This document shows, piece by piece, positions 21,764 through 33,748 of a stretch of 64,000 bases of DNA. Every line of letters begins with the position of its first letter. The stretch's first letter is position 1. This DNA is from Alphaproteobacteria bacterium. GTDB lineage: Bacteria > Pseudomonadota > Alphaproteobacteria > UBA828. The position numbers were made by a program, and so were the translations under genes. The notes beneath the pieces were generated by a model that worked only from the letters and a program-made list of their open reading frames with translations, was not told where the DNA came from and did no database searches. The stretch lies in the NCBI GenBank assembly GCA_965220745.1, contig CBDCQT010000012.1, forward strand, positions 512,001-576,000, in the 5' to 3' direction.

Positions 21764-22975
21764 TCAGGACCAAAGGCGTTCGCTCGCGAGCCTCGCGCCC
21801 TCCGTCAACATCTCGAGCTTCTTCCAGGCGACATCGGCCGGAACCATCACGTAGCCCGCGAAGGTGCTGAAGCCGCAGTCGGCGGCGGCGACGATGCGAC
21901 TGCGATCGCCGACGACCTCGGCAAACTGGCAGAGGCGGTCCGCCACAACCTCCGGGTGCTCCAGGTAGTTCGTGGTCACGTCGATGACCCCCGGCATGAG
22001 GATCATCGAGTCCGGCAGCGGATGGGCCTTGAACTTCTTCCAGTCGTGCTGGTGGCGGGGATTGGCGAAGGCGATGCTGAGCGCACCCACCTTCGCCGCG
22101 TAGAGATGCGGGATGAGCGGCTCGAGGTCGACATCGTCGAGGTGCGGGCCGTCCCAGTTGCCCCAGCACACGTGAAGCCGGACCTTCTCGGGCGGGATGT
22201 CAGCAAGCGCAAGGTTGAGCGCCTCGATATGCAGGGCGACCCGTTCGAGGAACTCGTCGAGCGGGCGGTCGTGAAACATGATCTGCCGCTCAAGCGCGAG
22301 ATCCGGCGCGTCGAGCTGCAGGGTGTGGCCCTGCGAGACGACGTAGTCGTATTCCTTCTTGAGTTCCGCCGCCAACGCATACAGATAGTCTCGGTCGCTG
22401 GCATATGCCGGGTTGTCTTCTGTGCGCAGCAGCGTCGTCGAGATGATGCCGGGGGTCGCCGCCGTCACGAAGGTCTCGACGAACTTGTCCGCCGCGCCGA
22501 CACGCTCGATCGCGGCGTCGAACGCGGCGAGTTCCTCCTTCGCAGCGGCGAGCTCAGGGTCGTAGACGACCTCTCCCTGGCACTCCGGCGCGGCGTACAT
22601 CGACGCGCTCTGCGTGATGTCCTTCTCGTCGTCCTCGCTGGTCTTGTGAGCACCGAACTTCAGCGCCGCGTAGCCAGGGAACTTGGCGAAGTCCGTGACG
22701 GTCCCGCGCTGCGCGACCCCGCCGAAGCCGGACATCCGGTCCTTGACGTAGAAGGAAAAGCCGATGCGGGGCAACTCGCCGTCGCCCGCGACGTCGATTC
22801 CGACCTCGACCTGCTTGCGGACGATTTCGTCCATGTCGTCGGCGAGGCGGGTGCGAAACGCGTCCGGGTCGACGGCCTGGCCGGCTTCCATCTGTACCAA
22901 CATGTCCAGCAGCGCCGGGCTTCGCGGCAGACTGCCAATGTGAGTGGTCAGGATGCGGTCATCGCTCTTGCGCAT
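21764..22975 (-). CDS. Cobalamin-independent methionine synthase II (catalytic-domain-only) family protein
   Basis: TTHIGSLPR, LQLDAPD, HVCWGN, ANPRH and DCGF. Confidence 0.88.
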   Translation of the reverse strand: MRKSDDRILTTHIGSLPRSPALLDMLVQMEAGQAVDPDAFRTRLADDMDEIVRKQVEVGIDVAGDGELPRIGFSFYVKDRMSGFGGVAQRGTVTDFAKFPGYAALKFGAHKTSEDDEKDITQSASMYAAPECQGEVVYDPELAAAKEELAAFDAAIERVGAADKFVETFVTAATPGIISTTLLRTEDNPAYASDRDYLYALAAELKKEYDYVVSQGHTLQLDAPDLALERQIMFHDRPLDEFLERVALHIEALNLALADIPPEKVRLHVCWGNWDGPHLDDVDLEPLIPHLYAAKVGALSIAFANPRHQHDWKKFKAHPLPDSMILMPGVIDVTTNYLEHPEVVADRLCQFAEVVGDRSRIVAAADCGFSTFAGYVMVPADVAWKKLEMLTEGARLASERLWS

Positions 22976-23020
22976 GAGCTCGCCCTTCTCCCTTGTCGAT
23001 CGATGCTATGAATGGGGTAA

Positions 23021-24451
<1,431 letters not shown>

Positions 24452-24539
24452 CCGGGCGGGCGTCAGCTGGCGCCCCACTGATTTAGGCCAACACTGCTGT
24501 CTTGACAGGCGCCGGCGGCGGGGTTGATGTCGTGGCGTC

Positions 24540-24875
24540 ATGGCCGAGCGATTCGCCCGCGTTCGCTACCGGACCATCATCGTGCTGCTCACCTGCGCGC
24601 TGGGCCTCCTCTATGTGGGCTACCAGAGCGTGCAGGGCGAGCGCGGGCTGCTCAGGTGGGTCGAGCGCTCCGCCGAGGTGGAGCGAACCCGCGCCGAGGT
24701 GGCCGCGCTTGCCGAGGAGCGGCGCAAGCTGGAGCATCGCGTCTCCCGTCTTCGGAGCGACAACCTGGACCTCGACCTGCTCGATCAGGAGGCCCGCCGG
24801 ATGCTCAACCTCGGCCACCCGGACGAGGAGATCATCTTCCACGACCGCCCGTCGGGCTCCGGAGCGGACGAGTAA
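24540..24875 (+). CDS. ftsB: Septum formation initiator (FtsB/DivIC)
   Basis: TM segment plus coiled coil, GERGL and LDLDLLDQEAR; follows eno. Confidence 0.85.
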   Translation: MAERFARVRYRTIIVLLTCALGLLYVGYQSVQGERGLLRWVERSAEVERTRAEVAALAEERRKLEHRVSRLRSDNLDLDLLDQEARRMLNLGHPDEEIIFHDRPSGSGADE

Positions 24876-25031
24876 GCGCCATCGTCGCCCGGCCTAACGT
24901 CAAATCCCTTGTCATGGCAAGTAATCGTTGCCTTCCCCTTGTCAGCCGGCCCCGATTGACCTAGCGTGCCTTGACGTTCCGCGCCAGCCGATTACGTGAT
25001 GGGTGGAGCGGGCGTCGGAGGCGAGGACAGG

Positions 25032-26051
25032 ATGGCGACTGCCAGGAAACGGGCCCGGAGTGGGACTGCACCCGCTCGCGAGGCCGCGATGGAGCCGGAG
25101 ACGCTGCATCGCGCGTTCCGCGACATGCTACTGCTCCGCCGCTTCGAGGAGAAGGCCAGCCAACTCTACGGCATGGGACTCATTGGAGGCTTCTGCCACC
25201 TCTATATCGGGCAGGAGGCGGTGGTCACGGGCATCCAGTACGCGCTCGGGCCCGGCGATTCGGTCATCACCGGCTATCGCTGCCACGCCCACATGCTGAT
25301 CGCGGGCGTACCCCCCAAGGAGGTCATGGCGGAGCTTACCGGGCGTGCTGCCGGCTCCTCCAAGGGCAAGGGCGGCTCGATGCACCTGTTCGCGCCGGAG
25401 CGCGGCTTCTACGGCGGCCACGGCATCGTCGGCGCCCAGGTGCCGCTCGGCGTGGGCCTCGGCTTCGCCCACAAGTACCGGGCTTCGGACCGCCTCTCCG
25501 TCACCTATTTCGGCGACGGCGCAGCCAACCAGGGCCAGGTGTTCGAGGCCTTCAACATGGCGGCGCTCTGGCAGCTTCCGGTCCTCTTCGTGATCGAGAA
25601 CAACCAGTACGCCATGGGCACGGCGGTGGAGCGCTCGGCGGCGGTGTCGGAGCTTTACGAGCGCGGCGCGGCCTTCGGCATTCCCGGCGGGCGGGTCGAC
25701 GGGATGGACGTCGCCGCGGTCTACCATGCGACGCAGGAGGCCGTCGCGGGCTTGCGGGCGGGCAACGGGCCGCTGCTGCTCGAAATGATGACCTACCGCT
25801 ACCGCGGCCATTCGATGTCCGATCCGGCCAAGTACAGGAGCCGCGACGAGGTGAGCAAGGTGCGCAAGGAGCGCGACGCCATCGAGCAGGCGCGCCAATC
25901 CCTGATCGACGGCGGCCACGCCGACGAGGACGCGATCAAGGAGATCGACCGGGAGATCAAGGCCATCGTCAACGAGGCCGCCGATTTCGCCCAGTCCGCG
26001 CCCGAGCCCGCTCCGGTCTCGCTCGACGCCGATATCGTGGTCAGCGCCTGA
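25032..26051 (+). CDS. pdhA: Pyruvate dehydrogenase E1 alpha
   Basis: GFCHLYIGQE, GKGGSMH, GDGAANQGQ and YRGHSMSDP. Confidence 0.97.
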   Translation: MATARKRARSGTAPAREAAMEPETLHRAFRDMLLLRRFEEKASQLYGMGLIGGFCHLYIGQEAVVTGIQYALGPGDSVITGYRCHAHMLIAGVPPKEVMAELTGRAAGSSKGKGGSMHLFAPERGFYGGHGIVGAQVPLGVGLGFAHKYRASDRLSVTYFGDGAANQGQVFEAFNMAALWQLPVLFVIENNQYAMGTAVERSAAVSELYERGAAFGIPGGRVDGMDVAAVYHATQEAVAGLRAGNGPLLLEMMTYRYRGHSMSDPAKYRSRDEVSKVRKERDAIEQARQSLIDGGHADEDAIKEIDREIKAIVNEAADFAQSAPEPAPVSLDADIVVSA

Positions 26052-26075
26052 GAGCCGCACAGGACGCCGCCCCAC

Positions 26076-27059
26076 ATGGTTCAGCAGACCGTTCGAGAGG
26101 CGCTTCGCGACGCGATGGCGGAGGAGATGCGGGCCGACCCCGACGTCTTCCTCATGGGCGAGGAGGTGGCGGAGTACCAGGGCGCCTACAAGGTGAGCCA
26201 GGGCCTGCTCGACGAGTTCGGTGCGGCCCGCGTGATCGACACGCCCATCACCGAGGCCGGGTTTGCCGGCATCGGCGTGGGCGCCGCCATGGGCGGCCTA
26301 AAACCCATCGTCGAGTTCATGACCTTCAACTTCGCCATGCAGGCGATGGACCATCTCATCAACTCGGCCGCGAAGACGCTCTACATGTCCGGCGGCCTGC
26401 TGCCGGTGCCGGTGGTCTTTCGCGGACCCAACGGCGCCGCCGCGCGGGTCGCGGCGCAGCACTCCCAGTGCTATGCGAGCTGGTTTGCCCACGTGCCCGG
26501 CTGGCGGGTGATCGCGCCCTATTCGGCGGCCGACGCCAAGGGGCTGCTGAAGTCCTGCATCCGCGATCCCAACCCGGTGGTGTTCCTGGAGAACGAGCTG
26601 CTCTACGGCCAGAGCTTCGAGGTGCCCGAGGGCAACGATCATCTGGTGCCCATCGGCAAGGCCGCCATCGCGCGCGCCGGCGGCGATGTCACCGTCGCCG
26701 CCTTCTCGATCATGGTGGGCCGCGCGCTGGAGGCGGCGGAGACTCTCGCCGGAGAGGGCATCGAGGCCGAGGTCATCGACCTGCGCTCGCTCCGCCCGCT
26801 CGACGGCGCGGCCGTACTGGCTTCGGTGGAGAAGACCAACCGCCTGGTCACGGTGGAGGAGGGCTGGCCCTTCGCCGGCATCGGCGCCGAGGTCGCCGCG
26901 CTGGTCATGGAGCAGGCGTTCGACATGCTCGATGCGCCGGTCGCGCGAGTCTCGGGTGCCGACCTGCCGATGCCCTACGCCGCCAATCTCGAAGCCGCGA
27001 CCCTGCCGGGCGCGAAAGACATCGCCGACGCCGTCCGTCGCGTCTGCTATCAGGAATAG
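26076..27059 (+). CDS. pdhB: Pyruvate dehydrogenase E1 beta (no lipoyl domain)
   Basis: [25 protein letters not shown] and AQHSQ. Confidence 0.97.
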   Translation: MVQQTVREALRDAMAEEMRADPDVFLMGEEVAEYQGAYKVSQGLLDEFGAARVIDTPITEAGFAGIGVGAAMGGLKPIVEFMTFNFAMQAMDHLINSAAKTLYMSGGLLPVPVVFRGPNGAAARVAAQHSQCYASWFAHVPGWRVIAPYSAADAKGLLKSCIRDPNPVVFLENELLYGQSFEVPEGNDHLVPIGKAAIARAGGDVTVAAFSIMVGRALEAAETLAGEGIEAEVIDLRSLRPLDGAAVLASVEKTNRLVTVEEGWPFAGIGAEVAALVMEQAFDMLDAPVARVSGADLPMPYAANLEAATLPGAKDIADAVRRVCYQE

Positions 27060-27068
27060 GGAGACGAC

Positions 27069-28382
27069 ATGCCGATCCAGATTCTCATGCCGGCGCTCTC
27101 GCCGACGATGACCGAGGGCAACGTCGCGAGCTGGCTCAAGAACGAAGGAGACTCGGTCCAGGCTGGCGACATCCTGTGCGAGATCGAGACCGACAAGGCG
27201 ACCATGGAAGTGGAGGCGACCGACGAGGGCACGCTTGCCAGGATCGTCGCCCCGGCCGGCACCGAAGCGGTGCCGGTGAACGCGGTCATCGGGCTGATCC
27301 TGGAGGAGGGCGAGGATTCGTCCGCCCTCGAAGGCGCAGACGCCGCGGCGCCGACGGCAGCGCCCGCAGCCCCGGCGGTTGAGGCCCCAGCCGAATCTGC
27401 CCCGGCAGCGCCAGCGCCAGAGGCACCTTCGCCCGGCGGCAACGGCGCGACACCGCCGGCGCCCGCGCGCGAGCCCGGCGCGCGCATCTTCGCGAGCCCG
27501 CTGGCACGCCGCATGGCGAAGCAGGCCGGCCTCGCGCTGGAGGCGATCGCCGGCACCGGCCCCAACGGGCGTATCGTCAAGGTCGATGTCGAGGCGGCGA
27601 TTGCCGCCGCTGCGGCAGCGCCCGCGGTCGCCGCGCCCGCTCCGGCGGCGGCTGCACCCGTTTCGGCGCCGGCCGCACCGGCTGCGCCCGCAGCCGCCTA
27701 CCAGGACGCGCCGGCCAGCACCATGCGCAAGGTCATCGCGCAGCGGCTGCAGGAGGCGAAGCGCGAGGTCCCGCACTTCTATCTGACGGTCGACTGCGCG
27801 GTCGACGCGCTGCTGGAGACCCGCGCCCAGCTCAACGAGCGCTCGGACGACTACACCCTCTCGGTCAACGACTTCGTGATCCGCGCGGCGGCGCTCGCGC
27901 TGCGCAAGGTTCCGGCCGCCAATGCGTCGTGGGTGGACGGCGCGCTCCGACAATACGCGAGCGCCGATGTCTCGGTGGCCGTCGCCATCGAGGACGGGCT
28001 GGTGACGCCCATCGTGCGCAACGCCGACGGCAAGGGGCTCGCCGAGATTTCGGCCGAGGTGAAGGAGCTCGCCGGACGCGCCCGCGCCAAGCCCATGGGG
28101 CTCGCGCCGGAGGAGTACCAGGGCGGCACCTTCAGCGTTTCCAACCTCGGCATGTACGGCATCAAGGAGTTCGCGGCGATCATCAACCCGCCGCAGTCGA
28201 TGATCCTCGCGGTCGGCACCGCCGAGCAGCGGCCGGTGGTCAAGGACGGCGCGCTCGCCGTCGCCACCATGATGTCGTGCACGCTCTCGGTCGATCACCG
28301 CGTGGTCGATGGGGCGCTCGGCGCCCGGTTCCTGCAGGCGTTCAAGGGCCTGATCGAAGACCCGCTCACCATGCTTCTCTAG
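27069..28382 (+). CDS. pdhC: Dihydrolipoamide acetyltransferase E2
   Basis: ETDKATME lipoyl site, ASPLAR and DHRVVDG. Confidence 0.97.
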   Translation: MPIQILMPALSPTMTEGNVASWLKNEGDSVQAGDILCEIETDKATMEVEATDEGTLARIVAPAGTEAVPVNAVIGLILEEGEDSSALEGADAAAPTAAPAAPAVEAPAESAPAAPAPEAPSPGGNGATPPAPAREPGARIFASPLARRMAKQAGLALEAIAGTGPNGRIVKVDVEAAIAAAAAAPAVAAPAPAAAAPVSAPAAPAAPAAAYQDAPASTMRKVIAQRLQEAKREVPHFYLTVDCAVDALLETRAQLNERSDDYTLSVNDFVIRAAALALRKVPAANASWVDGALRQYASADVSVAVAIEDGLVTPIVRNADGKGLAEISAEVKELAGRARAKPMGLAPEEYQGGTFSVSNLGMYGIKEFAAIINPPQSMILAVGTAEQRPVVKDGALAVATMMSCTLSVDHRVVDGALGARFLQAFKGLIEDPLTMLL

Positions 28383-28431
28383 CCGGGGCCGGTCGCTCCG
28401 GCCCCTCACGCAGACCAGACCGGAGGACATC

Positions 28432-29835
28432 ATGGCCGATCCGTCCTTTGATGTTGTCATCGTCGGCACCGGCCCCGGCGGCTATGTCGCGGCAATCCGC
28501 GCCAGCCAGCTCGGCCTCAAGACCGCCGTGGTCGAGCGCGAGCGGCTCGGCGGCATCTGCCTCAACTGGGGCTGCATCCCGACCAAGGCACTGCTCCGGG
28601 TCTCCGAGCTGCGCCACACCCTGGACCGGCTCGGCGACTTCGGCATTACTGTCGGCGACGTCTCGGTCGATATCGAGAAGGTGGTTGCTTATTCGCGCAA
28701 GGTCGCGGACCAGCTCTCTCGCGGCGTCGCCTACCTGATGAAGAAGAACGGCATCACGGTGATCGAGGGCCACGCCCGGCTCGCGGGCTCCGGCGCGCTC
28801 GAAGTGACGAAGGAGGACGGGACGGTCGAGACCGTCTTGGCGCGGCACATCATCCTCGCTACCGGCGCCAGGGCGCGGGTGCTGCCCGGTCTGGAGCCCG
28901 ACGGCGAGACGATCTGGACCTACAAGGAGGCGATGGTGCCGCGTGCGCACCCGGCCTCGTTGCTGGTGATCGGGGCCGGCGCCATCGGCATGGAGTTTGC
29001 GAGCTTCTACGCCGACCTCGGCAGCGCCGTCACCGTGGTCGAGATCCTGCCGCGCGTGCTGCCGGTGGAGGACGAGGAAATCTCCGCAGCCGCTCTCAAG
29101 GCCTTCGAAGCGCAAGGCATGACCATCCACACCGGCGCGCGCGTGACCAGCCTCGCGGCAAGTGGTGGCTCGGTGCAGGCCGCCATCGAGACCGCCGACG
29201 GCAAGACCGAGAACGCCACGTTCGACCGCGCGATCCTCGCCGCCGGCATCGTCGGCAACGTCGAGGACATCGGACTGGAGGGCACCGGCGTCGTGGTCGA
29301 GAAGGGCCACATCCAGACCGACCCCTGGATGGCGACCGGCGAGCCTGGCGTCTATGCCATCGGCGATGTCACCGGGCCGCCCTGGCTCGCCCACAAGGCC
29401 AGCCACGAGGGCGTGCTCTGCGTGGAGAAGATCGCGGGCGCTGACGGCGTGCATCCGCTGGACACGAGCCGCGTGCCGGCCTGCACCTACTGCCGCCCCC
29501 AGGTCGCCTCGGTCGGGCTCACAGAAGCCGCGGCGAAGGAGGCGGGGCACGCGGTGCGCGTCGGGCGCTTCCCCTTCATCGGCAACGGCAAGGCGATCGC
29601 GCTGGGCGAGCCCGAGGGCATGGTCAAGACGGTGTTCGACGAGACCACCGGCGAGCTGCTCGGCGCTCACATGATCGGCACCGAGGTGACCGAGCTGATC
29701 CAGGGCTACACCGTTGCCCGCTCGCTGGAGTGCACCGAGGCGGACCTGGTCGAGACCATCTTCCCGCACCCCACATTATCCGAGGCGATGCACGAATCGG
29801 TGCTTGACGCCTATGGGCGCGTCATCCACATCTAG
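28432..29835 (+). CDS. lpdA: Dihydrolipoamide dehydrogenase
   Basis: GGICLNWGCIPTK and HPTLSE. Confidence 0.97.
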   Translation: MADPSFDVVIVGTGPGGYVAAIRASQLGLKTAVVERERLGGICLNWGCIPTKALLRVSELRHTLDRLGDFGITVGDVSVDIEKVVAYSRKVADQLSRGVAYLMKKNGITVIEGHARLAGSGALEVTKEDGTVETVLARHIILATGARARVLPGLEPDGETIWTYKEAMVPRAHPASLLVIGAGAIGMEFASFYADLGSAVTVVEILPRVLPVEDEEISAAALKAFEAQGMTIHTGARVTSLAASGGSVQAAIETADGKTENATFDRAILAAGIVGNVEDIGLEGTGVVVEKGHIQTDPWMATGEPGVYAIGDVTGPPWLAHKASHEGVLCVEKIAGADGVHPLDTSRVPACTYCRPQVASVGLTEAAAKEAGHAVRVGRFPFIGNGKAIALGEPEGMVKTVFDETTGELLGAHMIGTEVTELIQGYTVARSLECTEADLVETIFPHPTLSEAMHESVLDAYGRVIHI

Positions 29836-29856
29836 GCGGGAACCGAGGAGCCGACG

Positions 29857-30807
29857 ATGGCTGAGTCGCAGGTCACACCGCTGAAGTCCCGTAGCGACCG
29901 CGAGCCCAAGCCGCGCTGGCTCCGGGTCAAGGCGCCGACCTCGCCCGAATACAACGCGACGCGGAAGCTGATGCGCACGCACCGGCTGAACACCGTGTGC
30001 GAGGAGGCGGCCTGCCCCAACATCGGCGAGTGCTGGGCCAAGGGCCACGCCACTGTGATGATCCTGGGCTCGGTCTGTACCCGTGCCTGCGCCTTCTGCA
30101 ACATCGCCACCGGTCGGCCCGACCAGCTCGACCCGCACGAGCCGGACGAGCTCGCGCAGGCGGTCGGATCGCTCGGGCTCGACCACGTGGTCATCACGTC
30201 GGTGGACCGTGACGACCTCGACGACGGCGGTGCCTTCCAGTTCGTGCGCTGTATCGAGCGCCTGCGGGAGACCGCGCCCGAGACCACCATCGAGGTGCTG
30301 ACGCCCGACTTCCGCAACAAGCCCGGCGCCATCGAGGCGGTGACGGACGCGAAGCCCGACGTCTACAACCACAACCTGGAGACCGTGCCGCGTCTCTACA
30401 CCCAGGTGCGCCCCGGTGCGCGCTACTACCACTCGCTCCGCCTGCTGGACACGGTTAAGCGCCGCGATCCCTCGATCTTCACCAAGTCCGGCGTCATGGT
30501 CGGCCTCGGCGAGGAGCGCCGCGAGATCCTCCAGGTGATGGACGATCTGCGCTCGGCCGACGTGGACTTCCTCACCATCGGCCAGTACCTGCGCCCGACC
30601 GAGCGCCATCACGAGGTGATGCGCTACGTCACGCCGGACGAGTTCGCCGAGTACGAGCGGCTGGCCTACGCCAAGGGCTTCCTGATGGTCTCGTCCTCGC
30701 CGCTCACGCGCTCCTCCTATCACGCCGGCGACGATTTTCTGACCCTGCGGGCCAACCGCGAGGCCAAGCTCGCCGCCGACGCGGCCGCGTCCCCCTCTGG
30801 CGCCTGA
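29857..30807 (+). CDS. lipA: Lipoyl synthase
   Basis: [20 protein letters not shown] and RSSYHA. Confidence 0.97.
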   Translation: MAESQVTPLKSRSDREPKPRWLRVKAPTSPEYNATRKLMRTHRLNTVCEEAACPNIGECWAKGHATVMILGSVCTRACAFCNIATGRPDQLDPHEPDELAQAVGSLGLDHVVITSVDRDDLDDGGAFQFVRCIERLRETAPETTIEVLTPDFRNKPGAIEAVTDAKPDVYNHNLETVPRLYTQVRPGARYYHSLRLLDTVKRRDPSIFTKSGVMVGLGEERREILQVMDDLRSADVDFLTIGQYLRPTERHHEVMRYVTPDEFAEYERLAYAKGFLMVSSSPLTRSSYHAGDDFLTLRANREAKLAADAAASPSGA

Positions 30808-30817
30808 AGGCGCTCCC

Positions 30818-31282
30818 ATGCCGCAGCACGTCGAGCGCCGCTTCATGCCCTACAGCTCGGACCAGATGTTCGATCTGGTGGCCGAGGTCGAGTGCTACCC
30901 CGAGTTCCTGCCCTGGTGTCTCGGCACCCGCGTGACCAGGCGCGTGCCCGGCGAGCCCGGCATCGTGGAGGCCGACATGCTGATCGGCTTCATGATGCTC
31001 CGCGAGCGCTTCGGCTCGCGAATGCAGCTTCACCGCGACGAGTACCGGATCGAGGTGAACCACACCCACGGGCCGTTCCACCACATGGTCAACCGCTGGC
31101 GCTTCGATGAGCGCACTGACGGCTGCGAGGTCGATTTCTTCGTCGATTTCGAGTTCCGCTCCAGGCTTCTGAGGCGGGTCATGAGCGCGCTCTTCGCCGA
31201 GGCCGTGGACCGCATGGTCCGCGCCTTCGAGGTCCGCGCCCGCCAGCTCTACGGCGCGCCGGCGGTGGAAGCGACGGCCTAG
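30818..31282 (+). CDS. ratA: RatA/Coq10 START-domain protein
   Basis: MFDLVAEVECYPEFLPWC, GPF..NRWRF and AFEVRA; typical position after lipA. Confidence 0.85.
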   Translation: MPQHVERRFMPYSSDQMFDLVAEVECYPEFLPWCLGTRVTRRVPGEPGIVEADMLIGFMMLRERFGSRMQLHRDEYRIEVNHTHGPFHHMVNRWRFDERTDGCEVDFFVDFEFRSRLLRRVMSALFAEAVDRMVRAFEVRARQLYGAPAVEATA

Positions 31283-31409
31283 GGCGGAGGCTGGCCGCGG
31301 TGAAAAACTCAAAATTACAAAACGAACCCAATTTCGCATAACCATCTTATTTGATTGAATAATTGACGCCGAAGCCGGCTCTGGATCGGGCGGCGAGGGG
31401 AGGGCAGTC

Positions 31410-32930
31410 ATGGCGATCAAAGCACCCACCACGGACCAGATCGTCGAGGTCGGCGCGCAGCTCGGCATGAGCCTCTCGGAGGACGAGGCCGCCCAGTATC
31501 TCCAGGCGATGCAGCCCATGCTCGCGGGCTACGGCGTGGTGGATTCCATGGCGGACGAGCTGCCCGAGGTCAGATACCCGCGCGTGCCCGGCCACCGGCC
31601 CACGGGCGACGAGAACCCACACAACGGCTGGTACTGGAAGACCGCGATTAAGGGCGCGGCGGAGGGCCCGCTCGCCGGCAAGCGGGTCGGCATCAAGGAC
31701 AACGTCTGCGTCGCTGGCGTGCCGATGATGAACGGCGCCTCGGTGCTCGAAGGCTACGTGCCCGAGGTGGACGCCACCGTGGTGAGCCGCATCCTCGACG
31801 CGGGCGGCGAGATCGCGGGCAAGACCGCGTGCGAGTATCTGTGCTTCTCGGGTGCGAGCCATACCAACGCGACCGGGCTCCCCGTGCACAATCCCTGGAA
31901 GCACGGCTACACCTCCGGCGGCTCCTCGTCGGGCTCCGGCGCGGTGGTCGCGGCCGGCGACGTGGAGATGGCGATCGGCGGCGACCAGGGCGGCTCGATC
32001 CGCATACCCGCGTCCATGTGCGGCATCGTCGGGCTCAAGCCGACGCATGGCCTCGTGCCCTATACCGGCGTCATGCCCATCGAACTCACCATCGATCACG
32101 TCGGCCCGATGACCGACACCGTCGCCAACAACGCGCTGCTGCTGGAGGCGATTGCCGGCGTCGACGGGCTCGACCCGCGCCAGATCGGCGTGCCGGAGGT
32201 CCCGTCCTACACGGCCGCGCTCGGCCAGGGCGCAGAGGGGATGACCATCGGCGTCGTGACCGAAGGCTTCGGCCACCCCAACTCGGAGCCCGCCGTGGAC
32301 GAGACGGTCCGCGCCGCGATCGCCCGGTACGAGGCGATCGGCGCAAGCGTGCGCGAAATCAACATCCCCGAGCATCTGGTCAGCGGCGCCGTCTGGACCC
32401 CGATCGGGCTTGAGGGCACGGTCGATTTCATGATCAACGGCAACGGCTTCGGCACCAACTGGAAGGGCCTCTTCGTCACCAGCCTGATCGACCGCTACGC
32501 CCGTTGGCGCGAGCGCGCGGACGAGTTCCCGCACACGCTGAAGTACGCGATCCTTCTCGGCCAATACATGCTGAACCAGTACGGCGGGCGCTATTACGGC
32601 AAGGCGCAGAACATCGCCCGCCGCATCCGCGCGGCCTACGATCGGGCGCTCGGCGAGTGCGACGTGCTCGTGATGCCGACTCTGCCCATCGTGGCGACGC
32701 CCCTTGCGCCGGCGGATGCGCCGATCGACCTCTATATCCAGCGCGCCCACGAGATGCTGACCAACACCGCCTGCCACAACATCACCGGCCACCCGGCGCT
32801 CACCATTCCATGTGGCATGAACGACGGCTTGCCGGTGGGCCTCATGCTGATCGGCAGGCACTTCGACGAAGCGACCATCTACCGCGCCGCCCACGCCTGG
32901 GAGCAGTCCGTGGACTGGAAGACGCTCTGA
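31410..32930 (+). CDS. Amidase signature family enzyme
   Basis: GIKDN, SGGSSSGS and GGDQGGSIRIP. Confidence 0.93.
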   Translation: MAIKAPTTDQIVEVGAQLGMSLSEDEAAQYLQAMQPMLAGYGVVDSMADELPEVRYPRVPGHRPTGDENPHNGWYWKTAIKGAAEGPLAGKRVGIKDNVCVAGVPMMNGASVLEGYVPEVDATVVSRILDAGGEIAGKTACEYLCFSGASHTNATGLPVHNPWKHGYTSGGSSSGSGAVVAAGDVEMAIGGDQGGSIRIPASMCGIVGLKPTHGLVPYTGVMPIELTIDHVGPMTDTVANNALLLEAIAGVDGLDPRQIGVPEVPSYTAALGQGAEGMTIGVVTEGFGHPNSEPAVDETVRAAIARYEAIGASVREINIPEHLVSGAVWTPIGLEGTVDFMINGNGFGTNWKGLFVTSLIDRYARWRERADEFPHTLKYAILLGQYMLNQYGGRYYGKAQNIARRIRAAYDRALGECDVLVMPTLPIVATPLAPADAPIDLYIQRAHEMLTNTACHNITGHPALTIPCGMNDGLPVGLMLIGRHFDEATIYRAAHAWEQSVDWKTL

Positions 32931-32961
32931 GCGGCGGCGGCAAACCAGGGAGAACCACCAG

Positions 32962-33594
32962 ATGAAGCTCTACGAGTTTTCGCTTGCGCCGGGCCCGCGC
33001 CGGGTGCGCATGTTCATCGCCGAGAAAGGGATCGAGATTCCCTCCGTCCAGATCAACACCCGCGAGCGGCAGCAGTTCACCGACGAGTACCGCGCCGTAA
33101 ATCCCAACTGCGTGGTGCCCACGCTGGTGCTGGACGACGGCACCAGCCTGGGCGAGTCGGTCGCGATCTGCCGCTATCTCGAGGAGACCCATCCCGAGCC
33201 CAACCTGATGGGCCGCGACGCCAAGGAGAAGGCGGTCATCGAGATGTGGAACCGGCAGGCAGAGCTGGAGGGCTATCTCGCGGCCGTTGATGCGCTGCGG
33301 AACAGCGCGCCCATGTTCGAGGGTCGCGGGGTGGCCGGCGTGACCGGCGGGGTTCCCCAGATCCCGGCGCTGGCCGAGCGCGGCAGGCAGCTCATGGGGC
33401 GTTTCTTCGCCAAGCTCGACGGCCGGCTCGCGGAGAGCAGCCATCTCGCGGGCGACAGGTTCTCCATTGCCGACATCACGGCGTTCATAACGATCGACTT
33501 CTCCAAGCGCGCCGAGATCGAAATTCCCGAGGACTGCGCCAACGTCGCCCGCTGGTTTGCCGAAGTCGGCGCGCGTCCCAGCGCCTCGGCGTAG
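32962..33594 (+). CDS. Glutathione S-transferase family protein
   Basis: PRRVR, NP..VPTL, ESVAICRYLE and FSIADI. Confidence 0.9.
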   Translation: MKLYEFSLAPGPRRVRMFIAEKGIEIPSVQINTRERQQFTDEYRAVNPNCVVPTLVLDDGTSLGESVAICRYLEETHPEPNLMGRDAKEKAVIEMWNRQAELEGYLAAVDALRNSAPMFEGRGVAGVTGGVPQIPALAERGRQLMGRFFAKLDGRLAESSHLAGDRFSIADITAFITIDFSKRAEIEIPEDCANVARWFAEVGARPSASA

Positions 33595-33607
33595 GCGGCT
33601 CCAGCCC

Positions 33608-33698
33608 CGGGCCGTCAGGCCCGGACGGCGCGACTGCGCCGCGCGCGAATGCGCGTAGCCAAGCGAGCGGAGCGAGCGCCCGGCGACTGAGGGAAATG
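33608..33698. repeat. Structured intergenic repeat, family B copy 1
   Basis: Shares AGCCAAGCGAGCGGAGCGAGCGCCCGGCGAYTGAGGGAAATG and its hairpins with 52496-52588. Confidence 0.75.
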
Positions 33699-33748
33699 AA
33701 CTAACCGAGGCTTGCCGCCATCGCGTGGCCGCGCTATGAGGCCGGGCG

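Noticed and set aside
27340-27700. Ala/Pro-rich low-complexity repeats
   Set aside because: Normal flexible linkers of PDH E2.
30818-31282. RatA as a toxin-antitoxin toxin
   Set aside because: Position after lipA and the START fold fit the housekeeping Coq10 role; no partner gene.
31300-31370. AT-rich patch before the amidase gene
   Set aside because: Most simply an ordinary promoter region; no second copy or structure found in the window.
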